A stretch of DNA of 64,000 bases from Eledone cirrhosa (taxonomy: Eukaryota): NCBI GenBank assembly GCA_964016885.1, contig OZ024740.1, positions 101,494,001-101,558,000 on the forward strand. The letters run 5' to 3'. Below the pieces are notes generated by a model, which was not told the DNA's origin, ran no database searches, and saw only the letters and a program-made list of their open reading frames with translations. Shown piece after piece: positions 11,844-25,030 of this stretch. The stretch's first letter is position 1. Every line of letters starts with the position of its first letter. The translations under genes and the position numbers were made by a program.

Positions 11844-12216
11844 TTTAGCAGCGTAGTATATAAAAAGTTATTGAGACACGAGTAACATAATAATGATGTC
11901 AACAGCAGAAATTAGAGATGAAATGTATGTTTATTTTTGTTGTAGCACAAATAATGTTTGTTAACTTGTATGGTTGAAGTTACACATAAAATGAGGTTAC
12001 AAAAGGGAATGTGCCATTGTGCCATGCCCAAGGAAGGCCAAAGTGCAAAATATCACCGTCACATGTGTGCGAGAGAGAGATTCTTCAAATCTTCGCGGGG
12101 AATTTCTCCCTCAGGGAGCGTAGGGATACATCCTCTTCTACTGGCGTTGATTGGCTGAGCTGAGCCAAATCACGCATAGAGAATGTATGTGAGCCCGCGG
12201 AATGTAGGTCACTACA
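11844..12216 (-). repeat. 5' LTR
   Basis: Starts TGTAG and ends CTAAA (CA terminus mutated) next to the PBS. Confidence 0.85.
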
Positions 12217-12296
12217 GGTATATTAAATATAGCGTCTTGAAACTATCTCATAAATAGAGCAGCAGAGAAAGTTAGTACCAATCTTCATGTTTCTGT

Positions 12297-12470
12297 AGGC
12301 ATAGTGGTGTGGTTAAAGTTTGCTTCACAATCATATGGTTTGAAATTCAGTACCCCTGTGGTACTGAATTGGACAGCACCTTGGACAAGTGTCTACTACT
12401 ATAGCCCTGGGGAAACCAATGATTTGTCAGTGAAATTTAGTAGACATAAATACGGAAATTGTGTATGAGA
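12297..12470 (+). mobile_element. tRNA-derived SINE (family 2)
   Basis: GTGTGGTTAAAGTTTGCTTC...GCACCTTGGACAAGTGTC..TACTATAGCC. Related copies lie at about 18713-18870 (+), 22650-22802 (-), 35050-35200 (-) and 35535-35880 (+). Confidence 0.75.
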
Positions 12471-13069
12471 CTATTGTGTATGTATGTCTTTGTGTATGTG
12501 CATGTGTGCATGGTTATGTATATGTTTATTTGTCCTAGCCAGGTTGTATATTTATTATTTGTTTATATCCTGAAGAATAATGTAGTGCTGGGTGCCGTGC
12601 TCCTGTAGTGGGTGGGGGAGAATTATGGAATGGTCACGGTTGGAATGCCTTTGGGATAGGTCAACTTAGATGATGGTTGACCAATGGTGGTAAGGGCTAA
12701 ATACTAACAATGACATCACAAAACTATAAAAATATCTGACTGATAAAATGAGAAGTCACCTGTAGCTTAGTGGTTTAATAAAACAAGGTTGATAAAATAA
12801 ATGGTAAAGTTGGAAAATAAGTACTGATGTTGATTTGATCAACTACACCCCTTCAATGTAGTATGGCCATAGTCAAATGACTGAAGCCAGTAAAAGAATA
12901 AAATATTTTTCTGTCAGATGAATTACCTATCATCAGCCATAAAATATTAATGCATAATTTTGAAACTTCTGAAATAACACATGCTAAACACTCATTAGAT
13001 CTAGAGTTATCATTTTATGTCCATTTTTAGTTGCTTGCTTGAATATTATCCCAGTTATATGATTAATTT

Positions 13070-13225
13070 CTGGTTGCCCTTACTACTCATTTTCAGCTGA
13101 GAGAACAGGAGCAATGTATAAAAAAGTGCTTTATTCAAGGACATATGTTACCCAGTCTAGGAATCAAAACCCTTACCTTATAATCATTAGCCAAATACAC
13201 TAACCACTAGGCTGGTAAGCCTTCA
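13070..13225 (-). mobile_element. tRNA-derived SINE (family 3) fragment
   Basis: CTCATTTTCAGCTGAG...GGAGCAATGT...AAAGTG..TT..TCAAGG matches 22115-22259 and 44890-45015. Confidence 0.7.
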
Positions 13226-14189
13226 TAATAATGGAATAACATTTCTCTGAGAAGATTCCTTATTAATTGAACTTTGATTCAATCACTGCAGAATATAATC
13301 CGAAATAGAAACATAGCAATGTATTTAAAACAAATATACAATATTTGGAAAACTTAGAACTGAAGATATATATGAAAAAATTTCTGGAGAAATATTTCAT
13401 TCAGAAGATAATTATCAGAAAGCAATTCCTGAAAAACAAACTATTTCTGGGAAGGATTAGTGAAAGTGAATTTATTATAAAGCTTTATAAATCTAATATT
13501 TCTTCAGTTCTTTTAGCTAGTTTAAAGTAATGAGGTTTTGGTTTTGTTTGTGCAATATATAATCTTTTGGTTTATCAGCTTCTTTTGTGTTTTTCTAAGT
13601 TTGTTTGAAACAAGATCATATCCAATTGGCAGAGTTGTGATTTAGTGGAGTACTACAATAAAGTACTTCAAAAAATGTAGCATAAATTTAAGAAATTTCT
13701 TTTAAATTTTCTTAGGGATTATTGAATTGTAGGCCACTTATCAGAAATATTGTTAAATATAAGCAAGTTCAGTAATCGGTTTGTTTCCAGGGTTTGTCGA
13801 TTTGCTATCAAATTTTTGTTTTTATAAAGTATAAAACTAGGAGAATTATTGAATAGCATTGAGAAATATTGTGAAAAAAAATTATATTTCTTATATTAGA
13901 TTTTAAATCTTTGATTTTCTGAACATCTTAAACAATCACAAAGTTTTACATTAGTCATCATTTAGAAATGTGTGAAGTGGCAGAGAAGGAGATTCAAGAA
14001 TTTATAGCAAGACTCCATGATAATATATTTGCATCATCATCATCACCAGCACCATCATAGCTGTTTGGATTCCTAGTAGAATATTAGTTCTCTACAGAAT
14101 ATTAGTTCTTCTAAGTGAGTCTGTGTGTGCTTTTCTGTTCATTTAGATCTATGTTATCCTTCTTAACTTTAATTCCTATCCTGCCAGTC

Positions 14190-14880
14190 CATATCAGATG
14201 ATCATTGGGAAATTGCCTTTCTCTTCATCTCTTGCTTACAGTCCAAATTTTCTTAAAATATACCCTACCTATTTCCATTTATGTTTTGCTAGTTGATGGC
14301 AACCTGGTTCTAACTTGATGTTGACTTGATGCTTTCACTGGATATTTATGTTCATTCACCATGTATGACTCAGCACCATATAGCAAGACAAATTTGATGT
14401 TGCTATGGAAAACACTCAGCTCAATACACCTTTGCTTTCCAGACAGGCTTTTGAAGTATTTTTCCAAATCTCATTTCAATGTCTGCCTCTGTAGTTCCAG
14501 TTTCTTACTCAACAATTTCTAGATATATGATATATTTCACGTGTGAGTCAAGTTTATTGCATTGAATTATCATGATTTCTGAGCTTTCTGCCTGATTTTC
14601 ACAGCTATTTTTGTTAACCTGCTTGTCTTTATTTGAACATTCTGAGATATCAGGTAAATCCCTGATGTCTATATTCCCTTGTATCTGTTGTGCCTCCCGC
14701 AAGCTTGCTATTTTGACCAGTATAGTTTGATGCATCACCCAGCCAATTGCCACCAAGAATATCACCAACCAAAATAGATATCCCTGCTCCATTCACTCTA
14801 GGTTTTACTTCAAAAGGTTTCGACACTCCCTTCTTGTATGACACTTGGCAATGGTCATCAATGTATAGCTATTAAATGAT
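14190..14880 (-). mobile_element. old RTE LINE RT/C-terminal remnant
   Basis: QGYLFWLVIFLVAIGWVM (degenerate QG-SP motif region) and VFHSNIKFVLLYGAESY. Confidence 0.7.
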
Positions 14881-15109
14881 ATTAATGAGTATGTTAATGA
14901 TTCTGGAATAGTAGAGTGAATATCTAGCTACTTTTCTTATCAATGGTATAAAAAGCAGTTTTGAAGATGATGTTGAAAATGGGAACTGCTGAGTAATGAT
15001 CAAGATTGTAAGAATTTGGTGCTAAATTCCAATTGCTCCATTCTACCGTTTTTATAAGTCTCTCAAGAATGATTTTTACATTGTTTGTTTTTTTTTTCTT
15101 CTTCCAAAG

Positions 15110-15690
15110 ACGTCCTAGCTATGATGAACACTGAAGATATACAATACAAGGGAATTATTACAGCAGCAATAAGGAGGTAAAGAGAAGTACAAAGAGGGAA
15201 TTGGGGAAGGATTTACATCAAATTAAATCCAAATATTGAAACACAGGAATCAAAACAGAAAAAGGAATTGGCTATACAATTCCATGAACAGACTGTCATC
15301 AACATGCAAAATGCTATTACAGCAACAGCCTCTGAACTATATATATATATATACACATACTGTTACCTACAAATGATGAAGACATAAAAGCACTACAGAT
15401 GCTGAAAGAGGGAAAAGCAACAAGCCCAGACAGAATTCATGAAAGAAAATATTAACTCTACCATGGATTTATTGTGATAACAGAATGGAAGAAAAGCTAT
15501 CTGATGAAACTAGCAAAAAAAACGTAAATCTTAGTGAGTACAAAAATTGGGATGTAGTGGGATCTTGGGCAGGTTAACAAAGTCTTTCTCTGTGGTAGAT
15601 GCACAGAAACAGGAAGCAGCATGGTCTCAGATGAAACTGACTCTATCAAATGCTCAGATGGCTCCCTGGAAGTAGTTAAAAGCTTCCCAA
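15110..15690 (+). mobile_element. RTE LINE fragments
   Basis: KALQMLKEGKATSPDRI (pre-RT 'K.GKA.GPD' motif), then FLCGRCT...KCSDGSLEVVKSF matching the PHD-RTE family. Confidence 0.6.
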
Positions 15691-16590
15691 TATCCCACAT
15701 TACTGTGAGGCTAATCTGTCTTCAAAGCCAACCTCACGACCCATATACTCACTCTCTCTCTCCTTCCACCTTGGCAAGCTGCATGCAGTAACCAGTGCTA
15801 CTCCTATTTTACTGATGCCCCTCTTTACCCAGCTGAGGACACATAAATCACGTTAGTGTTGGTGCTATTATAAAATGCACCAAGCCTACTCTGTAATGTA
15901 ATAGTACTGTTGCCATGATAAAATGCACCTAGTACATGCTGTAAAATGGTTGTTATTTTGAAGAGCATCTAGCCATAAAACCGTTCCAAAAATGAAATGT
16001 ATGAGGTAGATATGGTCATCTGATCGGTCTAGTCTCAAAATGTAACAAACTATCCAACCCATGCCAACATGGAAAATAGACATAATATTGAGATGGTAAT
16101 GATGATGATGATATTTAGCACCATTTCTCCTTGCATATGAAAATCAATTATAGATGAAATCATGTTATTCAAATGATGGGATATATTTAATTTTTTTTAG
16201 GTTACATTCAAATTTAAAGGAAAAGAAATATTCAATTATAATGATCTCAATATCTCCTACCTTTAAATGAGATAAATATGTTCTCTTTCAAATGATGAAA
16301 ACATTTAGTAGATTCACCTTTTCCACATTTACCAATCTTTCTAGATGCTATACCTTTTTGTTAGTGATGATATAATTTCAATAAATACTCCACTACAACA
16401 TATATTTATTTATTTACAGCCATTTGTTTTAAGAATGTCTGTTGTATATATTTTTTGTGCATATATGCTCTTTTATTGCTATAAAAATATTTTGCACAAT
16501 GTTGAAATTTTCTTTTTTGTGCAGCTATAATTCATTTATTCATTTATATATGTAATTATTATTATTCGTATTATTATTGCTGCTGTTGTT

Positions 16591-16625
<35 letters not shown>

Positions 16626-16844
16626 TAGCAGCAGCAGCTGTGGTGGTAGTAATTGTTGGTGAGGAATCATAATTTTGTAACTGTGTTAATATAACTTCAC
16701 CCCAATTGCCCCACCACCACCACCACCACCAACATGCAACACACCTCTCTTTATTTTTGTCTCAATCATGTTGATTTCTATGACTTGCTTTTCACATGTT
16801 TGATGGTGCATTTGAATTGATAAGAGTCTAATAAAATTGAACTA

Positions 16845-16940
16845 TTTTACAGATGCACTGTCACATCACCACTTGTACACATTCTCACTGTTTTACAGAT
16901 GCACTGTCACATCACCACTTGTACACATTCTCACTGTTTT
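16845..16940. repeat. perfect 46-bp tandem duplication
   Basis: TTTTACAGATGCACTGTCACATCACCACTTGTACACATTCTCACTG occurs twice, followed by TTTT. Confidence 0.95.
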
Positions 16941-17147
16941 GAGAAAAATGTTGTAAATTACATCAGCTTTGCCAGGATATGAATGTTAATAATGTTATTT
17001 TTTGCCAAAGAAAAAAAAGATTTCTGCTAAATTACCTCCATTTTTTAAAACATTGAGTTCTCTTTTTTAGTGTGTTTGTGAATAGGTGTGTCTGTGTTTG
17101 TGAACACATGGATGCACACATGCACATACACACACACATGTATATAG

Positions 17148-17203
17148 GAATGAGTAGGACCCCGACGGCTGAGCTCAAGCCGTTTCGACGGCTAATTCTG
17201 GAC
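17148..17203 (-). ncRNA. 3' half of a type I hammerhead (PLE terminal stub)
   Basis: Minus strand GAAA-CGGCT-tgagctc-AGCCG-TC gives a full stem III and GUC triplet. The CUGANGA half is absent. Confidence 0.55.
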
Positions 17204-17206
17204 TAT

Positions 17207-18627
17207 ATCATCATCATCATCATCATCAACGTTTAACGTCCGTGTTCCACGCTTGCATGGGTTTGGACGGGGGTAGTCCCACTTGAGGCAAGAGTGATTT
17301 TCTTGCTCACATAGGACTGTCTGGCAGGTTTTCTACAGTTGGATGCCCTTCCTAACACCAACCACATTTACAGTGTGGGTCTGGGAGGTTTTTACCGTGT
17401 TGCCTACACGGCCACATTACAGCGTGGACTGTGTGTTTTTTTGTCGTGACACCTACACGATCTCATTTGTTTCGGCCTGGATGGCGCGGCACCAACATAA
17501 CTTTACATAGAACGGGGTGGTGTGGATGGGGTGGGGGTGGTGGTGGTGGGACGGGGTGTATTTTGTTAGAGATGCCTACTGGCAAGGCGGATCTTCTCTA
17601 TTACTGAGTACCGCCAAAGGTCTCGGTCCAGTGACATTGTCTTGGTGAGGTGTAAGTGTGTGAGGTCGGTGTTTATCAGCTCGTCCCAGGTTTTTCTGGG
17701 TCTGCCTATTCCGTGGCTACCGTCTATCTTTATTGCCCTGCACTTTGTTATACAGCTATCATCCTTCATGCGCATCACGTGACCATACCAACGTAGCCTT
17801 CTCTCTAGTAAACAACATCTGATCCCTCTTATTTCTAATTTTTTCCTTAGTTCGTTTATGCTTTGTCGTTCACGTATATTACTATTACACATCCAGCGGA
17901 GCATGCAAGCTTCGTTTCTCTCTAGTCTGCGTATATCCTCTGCACACAATGCCCAGGTCTCACTGCCATGCAACATTGCTGTTCGTATGCAGGCATCGTA
18001 CAGCCTGCCTTTCATTTTTAGGGAGAACCCTTTAGCGGCTAATAGTGGTATAAGCTCTCTGAACTTTTTCCACCCAGTTCTGACTCTAGCTACTGTACTT
18101 TCAGAGCACCCTCCCCCACTGCTGATTTTGTCACCCAGGTAACGGAAGCTGTACACTATTTCTATAGAACCCTCTGCGCAGTTGAAAGAGCTAGTATTTT
18201 GTGGGCACTTGCTGCTACTTATATCCCCAGAACACCGGCCACATGTAAAATCTATGTTCTTAGTTAGCTTACCTGTGATCCCACTACATCTTTTATGCAC
18301 CCAAACTTTGCATTTGGGACACAAAATGGAATTTCTACCTACGCCTTTCCTACACTCTGCGCATGGCCACTTCCCGGAGGGGACCGCCGCCTTATTTTCT
18401 TTCTTACAAACTAGAACTTTAGTCTTAGCTAGGTTAATTTTAAGGCCTTTTGATTCTAGGCCGTGCTTCCATGTTTGGAATTTCTTCTCTAGCTCGGCCA
18501 TTGATTCAGCTATGAGCGTTAGATCATCTGCGTATAGGAGTTCCCATGGGCAGCCGGTCTTGAACTCCACTGTTATAGCCTGGAGGGCAATAATAAATAG
18601 TAGGGGGCTAAGAACAGAGCCCTGATG
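17207..18627 (-). mobile_element. RTE LINE, 5'-truncated, reading frame open from RT motif B to the stop codon
   Basis: HQGSVLSPLLF, LLYADD, a PHD-like Cys cluster, FRYLGD, RLRWYGHVMRM, then 3'UTR and (ATG)n tail. The N-terminal 31 aa of ORF 17566-18720 come from the flank and the TA repeat. Confidence 0.95.
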
Positions 18628-21252
18628 ATATATATATATATATATATATATATTGATATTCAATTTCCACTGAGCCAATGGCTTGTTTATAGATATGTGT
18701 ATATTTATAGCCACAGACATAGGTGTGTGGTTAAAAGAAACTTGCTTCAGTGTTTGATTCCAATGTATGGCAACTTAGGGAAGCCTCTTTTACTATATCT
18801 ACAGGCTGACCAATCCATTGTGAGTGAAATTGGTAGATGGATGGAAATTCTGTTGAAGCCTGTTTTGTGTGTATGTGTGTGTGTGTTGGATTGTCTCCAC
18901 ATCTTTTTGCATTAACACTGTTATTGTTTATTTATGTCTAGCATAAGCAATATGTCCTGCAGATCTGTGGTTTGGTGTGAAAAATTCTGTATCTTACTTA
19001 AAAAACATCATTGTCATCTTCCTTTAATGTCCATATTTCCCTACTAGAAGAGTTTGAACATACATTTATGCATATATTGATACATGCATGTATAAATACA
19101 CACATACATATATACATGCACACTCAACTGTGCTACTAAAACTCATACACATACAAAGTAGCTACTAAAGCATACATATACAAATATATAGACATGCTGG
19201 CTGCTTAAATTTTGCTCCTGTTAAACAGTGTTATGGCAGTTTCATATTTTGGAGATAATTTAATATTCATAACTAGTAATAAGGTAAGGCAACACTTGAC
19301 ATGCAAACGAATAGAGAATATTAAAGACAAAAACAAAACAACAGTAAAATGATAGTAACTGCTAAGAATGGTAATTCTGTGTTGCTTTAGATTAAAATTC
19401 TGTTCTAATAAGATATGAGTGAATTGTCACTGTTATAAATTTCTTTACATAAGACCTTCCAGATAAGAACAGTATTCTTAGCTTATGATGAAATTAATAT
19501 GTATTAGTGCAAGGGTAAAGTGTATTAGATAACAGCATACATTTATTTATATCACAAAATATTGTAAGCCAGTAATGTAGCCTCTATGCTGTTGCTTGTT
19601 CTGGTAGAAATAGCAGTTAAATCCTATTCAAATTATACTCTTGTATCTTAAAAGAGGAATGTTGTTTTGGATAATGTAGTCTCGGAAATACACTATGCCA
19701 GAAAACAAAACATTTTATGATGTAGTACTACACTATTTGCACAAAAGAATGAATGGTGATGGTGGGAATGCCTTCAATTATATATTTGCTCATTCAGGCT
19801 CCACCCAAGGATGTATAAAAGAAATAAAAAAACAAATCCAAAACAAAAATAAACAGTTGTTCACAGCTCAAATGCCTTTGATCATATGCCTGCTCAATGA
19901 ATATATTCATGTATGTAGTAGTAGGGGGGGGGGGATTTGGGAAACCTATACAAGTTAGAAATAATGAATGAAAATGAGTGTAAAGTAAGACAAACAAAAT
20001 GGTTAGGACTCCTTTTCTTTCAAATGAAAGGAAATGCAGTATCATGGTAACCCCAAAATATCATGAAATAGAAGGTAAAATTGCTGGCTACATTATTTTG
20101 TTTCCACTCCTATAATTCTAACTGGCATTGTAATGACTTTTCCAAAACAATCCTAACCATGGTTCATATTAACTAGACTAATATATGTATATATATATAT
20201 GTGTGTGTGTGTGTGTATATATATATATAGATAGATAGATAGATAGATATAGATATATCATCATCATCATTATCACTTTATATTTATTTTCCATGCTTGC
20301 ATGAGTTAAAGACTAGACAGGAAGGCCAGCCAACTGTGTCTTGTTCATATGTTCCATTTTGGCATGGTTTCTATGGCTGGAGTTTCTTCCTAATGCCAAC
20401 AACTTCATCGCGTGTAGCAGGTTTGTTTTCTCATGGTACCACTTGACAAGATGGACAGGGTGCATTTTTATGGCACTAGCACTCCAACCTTGCAGAGTAG
20501 GGTGGATGCAATTTGTGCCACCCGTACTTTCACCTTCTTGTGTGATCTGAATTCTGAGTGTATTTTTTTTTTTCATTGTGGAACAAATACTACTATATTA
20601 CAATATTAGAACACTTACATCCTTGGTCAGGCTGAGAGGGGACAAGTGTGGGGTTTTGGCTGTGTATTACTAGGTGCATTTAATCAAGAACAGAATGTTA
20701 GAATATGAATACACTGGATCTGATGTGAACTTCTGAAGTATCAGGATCTCAGAGAGGGTGGTTTAGCATAATAAATGAGTGATGTCTGGTGGTTTTGGGG
20801 TAGAAAGCAGTGAGCTTGTCTTTCCATGTTGGCATGGTTGAGCACAGAAATGGGTAATTCAGGGAGGAGTTTGCCAGTGTGAGTTATAGGAGAGAGTTAG
20901 GTTTTAGTATGTCTTGGAGAGAGGGAAAGGAGTTTGCAAGCAGCACCTTGCAGTACAGTGAAGGAGCCTTTGGGTAGGAATCAAGGTGTAAGTGAAAGGG
21001 GAGACTTGGTATGTAAGGGAAGGGAGATAAAGTGTGTGAGGGGAAAACTAGATGAGATGAATAGATAGTAAGAGGGTGGGATGATGGAAGGGGCAGCTTA
21101 AGTGTTGTTACATCTTTCTGTCGTTCAACTCAACTGTGTAGGGACTTGAGTCTTCTGCAGCATGATTGCTAACCATCACAATCCTGTGTCATATCCTCTG
21201 CGAGATCCAACATTTTAAGGTCAGCTTTTATATATATATATATATATATATA

Positions 21253-21800
21253 TCATCATCATTGTTTAATGTCCATTTTCCATGCTAACATGGGTTAGAT
21301 GAGCTGTCCCATTAAGATACAAGCCAAGTCAGATGACCATGATTTGCTCACACAGAACTAATTCTGGCTTGGTTTCTATAGCTGGATGCCCTTCCTAACG
21401 CCAACCACATTTACGGTGTGTGCTGGATGCTTTTGGTTGTGACACTTATACAACCATTTTAGAGTGTGAACTGGGCGCTTGTTATCATGGCACCTACACA
21501 ACCACTTTACAGTGTGGACTTGGCTTTTGTTGGCGCTGAACCAAGATGACCACTTTATAGTGTGGCTTAGGGACTTGGGTGGGGGAGGTGGATTGGGGAG
21601 TTAGATCTAGGGCTGGGATGTTAGGACAGGGGTGGGATGTACAACGTGGGATGTGTATGGGAGGGCTGATGGAAGGGAAGGTGGCACATTAGATATATCC
21701 CTCAACCCCTGCATATGGATAGGCAGGTCCTCTATATTACTGCAAAGTGTCAGAGATCTTGGTCACATGTCATCACCTTTGAGCGGTGCAATTATGCAAG
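21253..21800 (-). mobile_element. RTE LINE 3'UTR/tail
   Basis: GCTGGATGCCCTTCCTAAC, ~40-bp subrepeats and an (ATC)n end, bounded by TA runs. A related copy lies at about 25053-25360. Confidence 0.8.
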
Positions 21801-21913
21801 GTCATATATATATATAAAACAAAGGTGTGGTAAGATACCAGGTGGACCATAATGCACCAGAGTACTCGATACTTAGGGTAGTAGAGTGGTGTCCAGACTC
21901 TTTTCCTATATAT

Positions 21914-22259
21914 ATCATCATCATCATCATTTCATTTTATGTCCGCTTTTTCCCTGCTTGCAAGGGTGGGACGGGAACTGATTCTGGCTTGATTTCTACA
22001 GCTGGATGCCCTTCCTAACACCAACCTCATTTACAGTGAGTGCTGGGTGCCTTTTTGCCATGGCACCTCCACGACCACTTTGCAGTGGAATGATAGGGAC
22101 CCCAGTCCCTATCATCTCATTTCTACAGCTGAGTAAACTGGAGCAATGTGAAATAAAGTGTCTTGCTCAAGGAAACAACACATCACCCGGTCTGAGAATT
22201 GAACTCACAACCTTTCGATTGCAAGGCCAATGCTCTAACCACTAAGCCATGTGCCTCCA
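21914..22259 (-). mobile_element. full-length composite SINE: tRNA head, CORE-like body, hairpin, RTE-derived tail
   Basis: Minus strand has A box TGGCTTAGTGG, B box AGTTCAATTCT, hairpin ATGATAGGGA/TCCCTATCAT and an RTE 3' tail. A near-identical copy lies at 36794-37133. Confidence 0.88.
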
Positions 22260-23034
22260 TATATATATAATGTGTGTGTGGCATGGTCATCATTTCATCA
22301 TGCACTTCCTTTCCATGCTTGTATGAGTTGGATGTATTATCACAGTCCAAGCTTAATTAGCTAGGTTGAGGAGGATGACCACATTTTGCTCATACATTCT
22401 ATTTTTAGCCTGATTTTTAAAGCCAGATGCTTTTCATAATATCAACCACCTTACAGAGTGTATCTAGTGCATTTAATCATTATACCAGCACTACCATTTA
22501 ACAAAGTATATTGGGTACATTTATGACTGCACCAGCACTACCACATACAGAGTATACTAGGTGCATTTTATCATATCCTATATCATGGCACTGGCACTAT
22601 TACTTACAGAATGTACTGGCATCAACACCACATATTTATAAATGGCTGGCCTGCATGCAAATTTTCCATTTATGAATTACCTCTCACATGGCATCCATTT
22701 ACCCAATGCTATGGTAGAAGACATTTGTCTGGAGTATCGTGCAATGGAATCAAAACTAGAACCATCCAATTGCAAAGCAAACTTCCTAACAATAGAGCCA
22801 TGTTTTGTGTCCCACACTTGAGAGAGAGAGAAAGATATTTCTCATTTGCTTAATGCTATGAAATGACAACAGAGTACCAGTATGTAAAATCTCTTTAAGA
22901 TGTTTTCTTTTCCAGAGATCCAATAAAATAGTTGTAGTAAGATTTGAATTGAGGACACTATAGTCAGTTATTAACCATTACAATGATAAAAGGTTAAAAT
23001 TGAATTCTGAACTATTCTCATGATCATTATTTGG

Positions 23035-23215
23035 ATTGACAGTATCAGTAGATGGTCGGACACCATGCTTTGCAGCAAAGAGTTACAGCCCTTTATGGTC
23101 TGAGTTCAAATCCCGCCAAGGTTAACTTTGCCTTTCATCCTTACGAGGTCGATAAAATAAAGTCCCAGTAATGTACTGGGTAATTGCTGGCCTTGTGCCA
23201 AATGTAGAAACAATT
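23035..23215 (+). mobile_element. tRNA-derived SINE (family 1)
   Basis: GAGTTCAAATCCCGCCAAGGTTAACTTTGCCTTTCATCCTTACG..GTCGATAAAATAAAGT with an (ATT)n tail. An older copy lies at about 23300-23500. Confidence 0.85.
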
Positions 23216-24739
23216 ATTATCATCATCATCATCATCATCATCATCGTCAGGTATAAAAACTGCCGAACATATCACAGTCATCATCTAGTTCTATAAATAT
23301 TAGTAGAACCATTGAAATGTAGGACAAAATGCTTTGCAATATTTAGTTATGGCTATTTAAGTTCCAAGTTCAAATCTGTCATGGTCAGCTTCTCATTTCC
23401 TCCTTCTATTGTTGATAAAATAAAGTATCTGATAAGCACTTAGATTCATATAATTGACTTATGCCTACTTCCAGACTTCTAGCCTTATGCCTATATGAAC
23501 AAATATATTATTTTCTGTCTCTTTCAAATCTTTCTACTATTTAGAGAATCTTACACATTCTTTGTGTTATGTCTCAAGCCAGCATGTAACTGATTGTTTA
23601 GACTGTTAGACTGAAAGGGTTTTATGTTTCCATTTCATATTTGTGTCTCTGCTTAGGTAAAATCTTCAGATTTAAAATATATCCACTTGCTCCAGCATAA
23701 ATGGTCTGCCAATTTCATATTCATATCCCGTATTGATAAAATGCTTACCAGTGTTTCATTCTACAATTGAATGAAGATAGGATCTTTGGAAATATTGACA
23801 GTGGATATTATGAATTTTTTTCTTAATTTTAACCCTTTCATTATCATATTTCTAATAAAAAGCACTGCCTATGATATTCAAATCATTTTGACAGAGTTTG
23901 GTGGAGATTTAGTAAAATAACAAACTTAACTGGTATTTGGTGCATAACTTAACAAACATTCTTACTTGAAATAATAATGAAAGTTTTTTTTTTAGATAGT
24001 TATAAACATTTAAAACAAATAGCCTTGTAGGATGATGTGCTTATAAAATAGGGTGAAGACCCTTAAAAGATAGAAGAAGTTGCCATCAGCAGCTAAGAGG
24101 AATTGAACCCTATATCTCCCAGATACCAGCTAGATAGAACAACTGCTTTCATTTGTCAGTAGACAGACAGACAGATTGATAGATTGACTGACAGATATCT
24201 GTATGAAAACAAACAATATGCATAGCCAATTTCACATCATATTTAAGCACTGAGATTATAGATATATAAGTATAATGGATTCAGTTCCTCATATCAGCCC
24301 ATGGTAAGTTCTTTTTCCATCTTTTAAGAGTCTTCGCCCTATTTTATAGCATTTCTGTGCACATGCACATTATCCTTTATATTTATATATATCTATGTTC
24401 TCAGCACTTCAAAGTCTCAGAAATCGGCTATGTAAACAGTTAAACTGTTTTGTATCGTAGAATCAAAGGCAGTTTCAGTTGGTGTAGTGTCAAAAGAGTT
24501 AATCATTTTCATATTTGTTGACATTCATAATTGTTGATGTTTTTCATCAGCTATTTACTTTTGATTCTTAGGTCTGCTAAAAGCAGGTTTCCTGATATCA
24601 GATTGTGCAATGTCAGCTAATATGTAATAGTTATTAATGCAAGTGATTCTAACATAACCAGCTATATATCAGCATTTATCAATGAGAATGAAGTCCAGTA
24701 ATCTTTTTTTTTCTTTTGGTTGGGAGGTGGATCAGTCTG

Positions 24740-25030
24740 GAGGAAAGAGCCTTTTTCATTGCCCTCTGAGATTGAAGAGATTGATGCCATTGTTTTGCTG
24801 AAAGAATTGACATCTGTAGGCAAGACCTAAGCAGGTAACGACCTCCAGAGCATTGACATTCTGACCAGTAATTACTGAGTGTAATGGCTTGTATGGGACC
24901 TAGAGTGTAACATAACATAGGTGATTAGAGGAGGTGAAATGAGTGAGCTGGGGGTGCTCAGGTGGGGTAATACAACAAATCACCTCTGAGGAGAAGAGAC
25001 TATTGTAGTTGTAGTAGAAAAAGCAATGTG
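24740..25030 (-). mobile_element. very degenerate CR1/Jockey-group LINE C-terminus
   Basis: RMSMLWRSLPA*VLP resembles the 'RTxxLWNSLPxxVFP' terminal motif. Confidence 0.4.

Larger units (their letters stand above)
10068..12216 (-). mobile_element. non-autonomous LTR retroelement (Gypsy-like termini)
   Basis: Direct repeats at 10068-10430 and 11887-12216 start TGTAGTGACC on the minus strand. PBS and PPT are in the correct positions. The 1.4-kb interior has no recognisable gag or pol. Confidence 0.9.

Noticed and set aside
14190-15500. Oppositely oriented RTE fragments suggesting a twin-priming inversion
   Set aside because: Too decayed, a large RT segment is missing between the parts, and no TSD is visible.
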